Below the pieces are notes generated by a model. The model was given only the letters and a program-made list of their open reading frames with translations. It did not search any database and was not told where the DNA came from. A DNA stretch of 64,000 nucleotides from Penicillus capitatus (Eukaryota; Plantae; Chlorophyta). Every line of letters starts with the position of its first letter. Positions within the stretch are counted from its first letter, which is position 1. Location of the stretch: the NCBI GenBank assembly GCA_965649825.1, contig OZ287697.1, positions 1,598,351-1,662,350 on the forward strand, in the 5' to 3' direction. Below are positions 40,474 through 51,173 of this stretch, one piece after another. A program made the translations under genes and the position numbers.

Positions 40474-43400
40474 TCAGACTTCAGAATGGCGATAGCGACG
40501 AGATTTGCCATGATTCACCCATCTCATAATGGCATTCTTAAGATCCCTTAACAGGTAGTTGATGAAGTAGTCACCGAGAATACGAAAAGTGCCGTCTTCC
40601 GGAGAGTGATGAAACCCCGCTTTAGCTAGCAACGTTCTTAGGTACTCGGCTGCAAAGACTGCGCAAAGAGTGAGCAAATAGAGAAAGAACAGAACAGTTG
40701 CAGAGCATAGGAAAACACTCATCATAACTCGAACCCCATGCGATACGCGATCATCAGCAAAGAGGGTGCTACAGACAAAGATAAGCGAAGAGAACAGAAT
40801 GGACAGACTTTCTGTGTCGTTAAGAGAATCGAACTCTTTACGGTAGGGACGGCACGTTGTCTGAATGTAGAGTGCCATGATTAGGACGAATGCTGACAGC
40901 ATAGCCTGGATGTTGGCACCCAGTTCGTAAGAGAACACAACCACAATGGACAGCAAGGCCTTCCTGAGCATGATCACAGATTCCCAAAAGATGTACTTCT
41001 TGCTGTAAGATCGATAGACGAAACCAGCAATGTCATAGATCCAGCCATCCTTGTAGTCTTCTGCGACCTTCACTATGATGAGGTAAGCGATCGCCAGAGG
41101 GAAGCCCAAAGTGAAGATGAAGAGGAATGGCCAAGCCAGGACGCCAGCCAGAATCGCGTGAGATCCCTCATAGCAGGTGACAGCGGTGTTCATGGCCCAG
41201 TAGCTCGTCGTCTGATCGAATCCAGCGATCGTCGAATCGTGGACCTCGACGCAGTTAAGGATGTTGATGAGCGTCTTGGTGGTTGAGATGTAGCTGATGT
41301 AGAAGACGACAAGGGCACTGAGGATACATCTCTTCAGCAAGTATATCCATGGCTTGCTCCATCCGATCTTGACCGCCAGCCAGAAAACGGCGAAGAGGAA
41401 GATGCATGCAAGCGGCTGCAATGCATCTACGAGTGAACTGGCGACGGAGCGTTGCAGGAAGGCTTCTGATGGAATGAGACAGTCGACAGATCGGTTAACT
41501 GCCTCGGATGTGACAGCACTGATGAACTCTGCAGACAGGAGACGCATTCTCAGGGAGCATGACAGAATCACCTCTCTCACCTGCAGTCTGGAAAAGTGCC
41601 ACCATTGCGAATGTCCATTTCGCATCGACAGCGACAGCTATGGCTGTGACCTGCGCAAAGTTCACTGCAATCTGCAGAACACTCAGAATAGTGAGGACGC
41701 AAGAAGGATGTAGCGATCTGCACTTTAAACAGCTCGGCCGCCTTCCACTTTGCAAGTTCAGCATCTTCGTGACTTTGAGCAGGATCTGTGTTTTGATCCT
41801 GTTCAGATCCAATTGCTGCATTTGAAACATGTTGCGCTATTCTCATCTCTATCTCAGCCCTACTACTGGAAGGAGCTGAATGACTGCTGGTGGAAGCTGC
41901 TGATGTCATCGGAGTCTGAGGCTGCTCTGGTAATGAGACGGCCGAAATCAGATTGCTGCGGATGGTGATGACTGACAAACCCAGCAGGACGAGGAAAGAC
42001 AGACAGACCAGGATGACATTGCCGACATCGGTAAAGCACTTCTCGCAGAGAAAAGAATGCGACTTCCCATAAGATTCCTTGCAAGATCCGCAGAGAGGTC
42101 CCTCGTGTCCCTGAAAAGACATCTCAAAGGAATAGATTCAAATCAAGCAGTCTGCTGTCTTACCTCTCGACACTGTGCCTCTGTGTAGTTCTTGACGTAC
42201 TGATCATCGAAGTCACAGGTTTCCACCTCTTCCGTTTTCTCCCTCAGTTTCTGTTCTCGATCTTTGTACTCGCATGCTTCCGGTGCCAGGCATCGCTGGA
42301 TGTGCTCCGAGCACGGGATCTGGTGCCAGTATCCTTGTTTCGGTAATACCGCCTTCGATTCACAGTTTCCATTGTCTGGACATGGACGGCATTCGGAGTC
42401 GTCTTCTGGAAGGAAACTGAAGGTCGCTGCGCTGCAGGGCTCACAGAACGCTCCATTTGCGGAAAGCACTTCACCCATGGCGCATCCACGCACATAGACG
42501 GTTGTCTCGAAGGGCTCGAAATCTCCTCCATCGAACTCGATGCGAATTGTATATTTGCTCGGACGTGCAAACGGAGTGGCGGTAAGAGTTGCAGGATCTG
42601 ATTCCAGAAGAACGCTTATTCTTCCATCAAACAACCCATCTGGTGAATACATCGTGGCCGTGACCTCTTTGTTGTCCAGTCCAACTGCGGGACATTGACC
42701 GAGGTCGTCCACAAGTGCCAGGGAGAAAACGGGCAGTGATGCACCGCTCCTTTGACCGCGTATCTCATAGTAGTTTCGTTTCACTGATATCACTCTTGTC
42801 GATTGCTGTCTGATGATCTTCTTCTGAACATCTGTCGCGTAGGAGGCGATGTCTGGCCCATATCTCTCGGCGGTGTTGTCTCTCCATGTAGGACAGATGT
42901 CTTCAGTGGAGTTGAGAACCTTCATCTGCTTCATCTGCTTCGCCGACAGGAAGGACAGTTCTTTTTTGGTCGAGTTGGCAGAGCAATGCATCCGAATGAC
43001 GGCGACTCTGTCGACGAAGACAGCTCCCCCTCCAATTCTTGCTGTGTTTTCCTCGAAGACGTTGTCAATCAGAGCTGCTGCATAGCAATCGTCCTTCCCA
43101 ACAGAACGGTTCGATGAGACAGCTGTGTCTGCGGCCATGACTTCTATGGCCCCTAAAAAGAGAAGTCCTGAGTCCAATGAGTGTGGTGTTTAAGGAATAC
43201 CTCCAAAGACAGCTGAGTTGTTTCGTATCGTGCTTTTCTCTAACTGCAAGGCGAGCGATTGAGGATTACTGTACTCGGAGAAGATTGCACCACCGTGTTT
43301 TCCACTGTTGTTTTCTAGGACGCAGTCGATGCACAGAAAGCGTGATGTCCTTCCAAAGAAGGCGCCGCCATTCCTCTCAGCTCTGCACGACGATACGCGG

Positions 43401-46400
43401 ATGTCTCTGGCCTTGAACTTGGATCGCGAGGATATGGAAACAGCACCACCATCGTATGCCGTAGCAGAGATTACTGAGCTTCTTGCCATAACGACATTAC
43501 TGAGAAATCCTATGTCAACGAAACCACCGTGCTCAAGAGCAGACATGTTAGATGCTTTTGTCTGGTGAATGGAGATGTCTGCACGAGTATATCCATATAT
43601 CCCTCCACCACGGTTTGCATATCCGCCGGTGAAGCGACACTTCTGCACGTTCAGCACAGAACCTTCGACGTAAGCAGCTCCTCCAGTTGTGCGTGCAGAG
43701 TTCTTGTTGAATCTGCAGTTAACGACTCTCCCTGAGGAGTTCTGGGCCAGATAGATGGCTCCTCCGACGCTTGCTGCGTTGCTGGAGTAGTTCGATTTTT
43801 TGTCAACCAATGTGCAGTTTCCGAAACAATGGATGACACCCCCGTCGACGGTAGCCATATTATCCGCAAATGAGCATTCACGAATAAGCATCTCTGCGTT
43901 TTGGCCAAAGATAAATCCGCCGTCCTCATTCGCAGACAAGCTGGATGTGATGGTCTCATTGACAGATATCTTCGAAAATACTGCATAGATTCCACCACCA
44001 TAATCGGCGGATCCATTGTCAAGCTGACACTTCCGCATGGAGAATGTGGAGTTTTCGAGACGAACAAAACCGCCAGAAGTGGACGCATTGTTTCTTGCTG
44101 CAGTGGTCTTCGTGATAAAGACGTTCGAAAGATACGCATAGATTCCACCACCACCATCAGCGGATCCTTCAGTAAAACGGCACTTCCGTATGGAGAAATC
44201 GGAGTTCTTGAGAAAAACAGCGCCGCCAGATGTGGACGCATTGTTTCTGGATGCGGTAGTCTCGATGACAGAGACGTTTGAGAAAATCGCGTAGATTCCT
44301 CCACCGTATTCTGCGGATCCATCGACAAGGCGACTCTGCTGCATGGAGAAGTTGGAGTCTTTGAGACGAACAAAACCGCCAGATGTGGATGCAATATTCC
44401 TTGATGCGGTGCTCTCCATGACAGACACGTTTGAGGAAATCGCGTAGATTGCTCCACCCTCTTCCGCGGTTCCATTGACAAGCCGACACTTCCGCACCGA
44501 GAAATCGGAGTCCTTGAGAAAAACAGCGCCGCCAGATTGAGATGCATTGTTTTTCGATACGGTGGTCTTCATAACAGACACATTTGATGAAATCGCGTAG
44601 ATCGCTCCGCCGTCTTTCGCGGATCCATTGACAAGACGACACTTCTGCATGAAGAAATCGGAATCCTTGAGTCGAACAAAGCCGCCAGATTTGGACGCAT
44701 GGTTTTTCGACACGGTTGTCTCGGTGACAGATATCTTCGAAGAAACTGCATAGATTCCGCCGCCATGCCGTGCGGATCCGTTGACAAGTCGACTCTTCCT
44801 AACAGACAGCGCAGAGTCTTCGAGATACACAAAACCGCCAGATGTGGACGCATTGCTCTTGTCAAACACGCAGTCAATGATTCTCCCTGTGGAGTTCGCC
44901 TCGAGATTAAGAACTGCACCAAAGTCTGCTGCGTTTCCAGTGCAGTTCGATCTTTTGAGGTCCAAACTGCAATTGGAATCGCACGAAAGCACGCCGCCTG
45001 AGCCGCCAGCCACGTTGTTTAAGAAGGAACAATCATCGATGAGAATCTCTGAAGTCCCGCCAGCAATGAATCCACCTGTCTCATTGACAGACAGTCCAGA
45101 TGCAGTGGTCTTCGTGACAGATACGTTTGAAGATAACACACTGATTCCTCCACCGACAGATGCAGATCCGTTGGCAAAACGGCACTTCCGAACAGAGAGC
45201 ACGGAGTCTTCGATGTGAGTCACCCCGCCAGAAACGGACGCATTGTTTCTGTCAAAGGTGCATTCAGCGATACTCCCCGAAGAGTTTTGCCGTAGATAGA
45301 CTGATCCACCCATAGATGCTGTGTTACGCGAGTAATTTGAGCGCATGTCCGAATAAGTGCAATTGGGATGGCAATGAACGACACCCCCTTCGCTGCCAGC
45401 CACGTTGTCGATGTACAAGCCGTCACTGAGGCTTAATTCCGTCGTTTCGCCGAAAATGTATCCACCGTGATCCCTCGCATTGTTTCGTGCTGCAGTGCTC
45501 TTCATAACAGAGACGCTCGAATGGTGTGCACAGATTCCTCCACCGTTGTCTGCGGATCCTCCAGTAAAGCGGCACTTCTGGACGGAGAGCGTGGAATTTC
45601 GAACAAAAACACAGCCGCCAGATATGGATGCCTTGTTCCTTGCTGCAGTGGTCTCGATAACGGAGACATTCGAATGATACGCACAGATCCCTCCGCCGTA
45701 TTCTGTGGATCCATTCATGAAGCGACACTTCTGAACGGAGAGTAGGGAGTGCTCGACATAAACACCGCCGCCAGATGCGGATGCATTGTTCCTTGCAACA
45801 GTGCTCTCCACGACCGAGACGTTTGAGTAAGATGCATAGATTCCTCCACCAAATTGTGCGAATCCATTCATGAAGCGGCACTTCTGTATGGAGAGCGTGG
45901 AATTCCGAACAAACACACAGCCGCCAGATGCGGATGCCCCGTTCCTTGCAGCAATGGTCTTCTTGACAGACACTGTCGAAGAAACCGCGTAGACAGCGCC
46001 ACCGTCGTCTGCGGATCCACTGACAAGCCGACACTTCTGCATGGAGAAGTGCGAGTCTTCGAGACGAACGAAACCGCCGCCGAAGCGGTTGGCTCTGTTT
46101 TCCTTCATCGTGGAATCTTCGACGATCACTCGAGAGTGAGAAGCGAGCAGCACTCCACCCGATTCATCCGCGATGTTGTACGAGAAGTTGCAGGACTGGA
46201 TAAGAGCCAAACTCGAAGCCCGCAGAACCATAGCGCCTCCTTGTGTTGCTGCGTTCCCCTCGAATGAAGTGTTCGTCAACGTCACATTCGACGTTGATGT
46301 GACAATGGCACTTCCGACCCTTGCCATGTTTCCTTCGAAGCGGCTTCCCCGGATCAAAGCAGATGCATTCGAAAGTCGAATGCACGGATTGACAGTCTTT

Positions 46401-47571
46401 ATCGCCGAACTGTTCAACAGATTTTGAGTGAAGCTAGCATTCGATAAACTCAGTGAACCTCCTTTGATGTGCAGGAGTGAGCATTCGTTCTCTTCGGCGT
46501 CCATGTATTCAACAGAGGTCTGAGATCCAGACGAGGCATAGAACACCGCTGTACTCCTGTTAGCGGAGCCTGAGAACCGGACCCGTCGAACACGGACGTC
46601 CTGCAGTCTGCTCTGCTTTGGGAGTAGCACGCCACAATAGCCGCTGCAATCGTTGCTCTCGAAGTCAAACTCCACCAGCTCGAGCACCGAACAGGAGGAT
46701 CTCGGCATGGAGATCCCGGCCGCTTCGATAAGGACGTTTCGCTTGAAGCTTATGCGGTGCAGCTGAACGACGCCTTCTGTTCTCCTGGACCGGCAGTTCT
46801 CGACATGAATGATGGCCTTGGATCCAGCAGAACTTCGCAGAGAGCACCTCTCGAAGTTGAGGTTGTCGAAAAGGACACTTTCAGATCTGCACAGAAGAAC
46901 ATTCAGAAATCCATTCCACTGCGAACCGTTGTGCTCACCTCACGAGAAAAACGCCTTCGTCTTTTCCAGGACATGCGATAGACGCCTTCCGAGTTCTCTG
47001 ATTGGGAGCGTCCAAGTGTCGAGTTCTGCCCGTCGCTGAGGTGATTGTCAGATTCCACGGAACAGTGACACGAGCACGAGGCCGAACGACGTCGCTAACG
47101 TCGAAAAGCAGAGTGTCTCCCTCCGCCGTACAATTGACAATGACTTGCAAGTCACTGTCAATCGCTTCGAGGACATCATCGTCGATGCGCCAAGTACGTG
47201 TCTCGGCGTCGATGTAGTCCTGCACTTGGCTTCTCCCCAAAGAGCATTCGTCAACTAAACAGACACAGCAAGACACAGGTCAGCGTCTTTGGCAGAAGCG
47301 GCGCTCAGAGTGACATACCTCCGCCACGGTTTGTCTCTTCTGCGCTATCGTCTGTCTGGGACAGCTGTCGTGTCTGTCCGACCCGTGCCTCATACATCGT
47401 GGCGAATTGCACTCGGACTTGGTGTTGGCGGCCGCTTAGAATTGCTTCGCTTTCAGCTTCCGGCGCGGACTTCGTCGCCTCCACTGGCATCGCCGACTGC
47501 TCGGCGTTGACACATGGGAGGAGAAGATAGTTAACGCTGACGAACAATAACAAGAAGAACGCAGATGTCAT
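40474..47571 (-). CDS. Pmp-like beta-helix / Cys-rich / multi-pass membrane protein, paralog 4 (intact, expanded repeat region)
   Basis: Signal peptide MTSAFFLLLFVSVNYLLLPCVNA (an upstream ATG at 47607 is also possible). Introns 47318-47255, 46938-46887, 43200-43153, 42164-42111, 41723-41672, 41580-41529 join all ORFs in frame. Same domain order as paralog 2. Confidence 0.9.
43651..46045 (-). repeat. Higher-order coding tandem repeat: (153 bp)x4 - 237 bp - (153)x1 - 237 - (153)x6 - 237
   Basis: The 51-aa unit (S..KCR...GSA..GGGIYA..S.VSV..T.A.RNNAS.SGG.V....S..) recurs at exact 153-nt steps (block starts 46045, 45196, 44806). Each block is followed by a homologous 79-aa spacer of exactly 237 nt. 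Confidence 0.88.
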
Positions 47572-48222
47572 GAGATATGAAACAATTCGAGTCTTTCGCA
47601 TCATCATCGTCTGGCCGTTTCCTATTATACCGTGAACGGTTACTAGCGGTAAACGCATCGCCCGTCGTTGCTATGCTCACCGCTTTACATCCGATGACAC
47701 TTTTCCACGCCTATTGTTTTCGCCTGTTAGAAATCCCTAGTGGTTTGACAGCTAGATACTTTGGCCTTGACGCTGAGGCAGTGGATGCTTTTGGTCCTGT
47801 CTGCCGCTTTTGTCGTCGTTTTCTGTCGACGATTGGTGACGGTCGTCTCACAGTGTGAAGTTTTCGTGAATGACTTTGAATAGGACGGACACTTCGACGA
47901 CAAATCGTCTCGTTTAACTCCCACATACTCACCTGTCGGGTTCACTTTTCGTCCGAACGGCTGCCGCCTCCAACCAAGTGTGTTCGGAACAGGGCTGGAT
48001 CTGCGGTTGTTTTGTATGCACCGTTTCGCCTGCGGTGCTTGACGGATATGTTGCACTCTACACATGACAAGATGCAGTCGTCACTCACCCACTCGTCTTG
48101 TCAGCCAGGCCGCGTCGCGATACGCAGTTTCCTCGTTGACATGGCTGTCCAAACTAGGCACGCTGCCAAGTCCTTTCACGAATGCTACTTCGGTAAGAGG
48201 ACAAAAGTGTGAGAATGCCTAC

Positions 48223-49640
48223 TCAGGCGGATCTTCCACGACGGAAAGCAGAAGTGTTATTCTTGCTTCGCCGTAAGAGCACAGCATCGTTCAGCAGTCT
48301 GTCTGTGACGGCAACAAAACAGACCACGCAACGCGGGTCGTTATCGAGAGATCTGCTTGCGTTTGCATTATTTGCCTCTGTGTCGTGCAATGTTGTCGGA
48401 TGTGACAGGTCTCCAGATGACCTCGAAATCGAAAATGATAGCAGCAATTTCATCGATTTGGATTCAACGACGTCGATTTGACCGATTAGCAGAAATGGAC
48501 GGACTGCACGGAATGGACTGATCGTTTGTATCAGCGGCAGACTAGCTGCTGAATGGCCATTTCTGACTCTTAGTTGTCAAAGAACATACCCATCGAGATC
48601 AAGCACGAGGGGCGCTCTAGTCTCCGAGGACTCGAATCGAGTACGGCTGTCTCTGTCTCTGAGCACCTCCCACCAGACTCTCACGACGCAGTCGCCTTCG
48701 TCTCCACCGCATCCCCTGGATCTTGGATGGATGTCGACTCCTCCCGGACAAGATAGAGCGATAGTCTTCGCACCTGGGCCTTTAGATTCGAAGCGCACCT
48801 TCGAGCGAATAATGAAGTTAATCTGGCCCATCTTCGAAGAACGGAGATTTCTTGGAGAAGGGAGTCAGCCAGTCCCTTCCTCCCTGCTCCCGTCATTGTT
48901 TCTACTGTCAAGTCATCACCGTCGATGCCGATGATGTGTTGGTATCCACGACAGAAGAGTGATGATCCATACAAGCCGAATGCCGAATCCCTGGACGGCG
49001 TTTATACCTGAACCGTTTGTCTGCCGCAGTCCTCTGTTCTGAACAGGAGGAATTCTCGCCAAGAATGGACGATGTCTTGACAGGATCAATGTACTTCAAA
49101 GTGCACGCAGCGTTACATTTCGTAAAAGACATCCCATCTATCTCGATCGCATTGAGTCAAAAGTTACTGGAAGCGTCAGATGAATCGTTTGGTGTAGATA
49201 GGGTGCGTCTATCCGTCGCATACTGCGGCGTCTGTGCCGTTGGCAGGTCCATCCCCGTGTTCTCACTCCACAACAGAGTGATGTCATCTATGCTGTTTTA
49301 GGTTTCAAGGATGGTAGCTGTGGGCCTCCCGCGGCCTGAGAAAGATGTCCTCGGTCTGTCCGTTCTTCGCTTTCATCTTTGATGGTGCTTTGGAACATCA
49401 CTGTATCGCGTCTCAGCGGTCGCAGCAATAGACATCTCCTCGTATCTTTGGCCGTCTTGGATCTCGCATCTTCATTCACCCGTGTTTCTAGAGCATCACT
49501 GCGGTCTGTTGTGCGATCTCGAGCAAGTCGAGAATGGGCCCTGTTGGATCTCGGCTGGAGAAAACGTCTGGAAAACAGTGGCTGTCCATCACTCATGTGA
49601 TCATCAGCAATGCAGGCAATCGCGTTCACGACTGAGCAGC
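48223..49640 (-). other. Putative unidentified multi-exon gene or gene remnant
   Basis: Protein-like minus-strand frames (48577-48831 and 48223-48518) can be joined through a GT-AG intron at 48589-48519. The upstream fragments contain a stop or frame break. No family recognised. Confidence 0.3.
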
Positions 49641-51173
49641 GTTTTCTTTTGTGCCTGATGCCGTATCATTGGCTCGGCAATTCGACTCTGGATCCAAGAG
49701 ATTGGTTATCTGGGAATGGTCGACAGCCAGGTTCGTCGTCGATTCCCAAATTGCAGGTGTCTTCTGATTTGTCAAGTTCGCAGATCAATCGGTCGACATT
49801 CCAACAGTGTAACTATGCCCATTCACTGTTCATGCAACGTTCGGAATAGGAAGGACTCCTGTATGAGGCATTGTCCAACAGGTAAAAATAACGGTAAACG
49901 ATGTCGCCCTGTGGTGTATCTCGAGTCTTTCAGGAGATGACCGACCATTTGTCGTGACGCACCGACTAGGATGGAGAGAACTGCCTGAAACACCAACGGT
50001 GCTGCGGAGGTAGTACATTCCACGGGGCCCGCCTCTTCTGCGAGGTTCGAGTACTGCAACCGATCTCGAGGGCTTGTGACGACTTCCCGTCGGACACCTT
50101 CAAATTCCTCCATTAAACAGATTATTCCGAAGCTATATCTGACTCATCGGCAGAACTCCGTACTTCATTTCTGAAGTTTACTCGTCGACGTATTCCGCGC
50201 ACACAAAGTCTGCCAACGAATTCGACAAGGTAAAGTCGGATTCCTTTCTCCGAACAGCCGAACCGATTTCCGTTTGCAGAACGACACCACGAGCAACGAC
50301 GCATCACAGTACGCTGAAAACATGGACGACGGTTCTCACTCTGCTGCCAAACCTCTAAAACAACCAGTCGGAAAGGCAAACCACAATGTCCTGATAAAGA
50401 TGGTAAGCATGCATATTGGACTCGTCCACATGTGTTGTTACGGCGACCGTTTCTCCAGCCTGAGCATCTGACGGTTGCCGAAGAATCCGCGTGCTTCGAA
50501 GACTGTCTGAAGACGCCAGTCGGAAGCCAAGCGTGGGTACCATGCCAAACGGGAACGCCGCATACGACCGCCGTGGCCGACGCCGCGCGATACACTGACC
50601 AGCCTCAACGGGCAGAGGTGCGTGATAACCGTAAGCGATTACGAGCTCTGAATTGTGCATTTTCGCTCAGGTGGTTCAACGTGCAGGCGGCAATTCGGGT
50701 CTCAGATTCAACGTCTATCGAGCCCCAAAGGTGACTGATTCACCCTGTGCTGCGCACTTTTATCGCAACAGCGTGTTAACAGATGTGGGATGCTGTGAGC
50801 GTTGTCAATAAGTTTCCGTCGCACACCTCTCGTCTTCGCTGCCATGGAAAGGGTTCTTCTGTTCTCTTCTCCAAAGAACTCGTTCCCAAATCAGCTCCAC
50901 GTATCAGAACACGTGCGCCAAGAAGCACGACTACTAATAATCCTTTCTCAGTCAACTTGATTCGACCACCTATACATCAAGCAGAACGGATTCGCCCTCA
51001 GACTTCAGTTCTCACGAACGCTGAGGTACTCTGCCCTTTCTTCTGTTCGTAGTTATAAAGAACTCTTTGCTCAGGGAAATTCCGAGAAAATCTGCGAGCT
51101 CGAAGTCAAAGGACATGGCCTCGTGCAGATCTTTCGCGTGGGACAAGATTACGGAGGGAAGATTGTAGAACAC

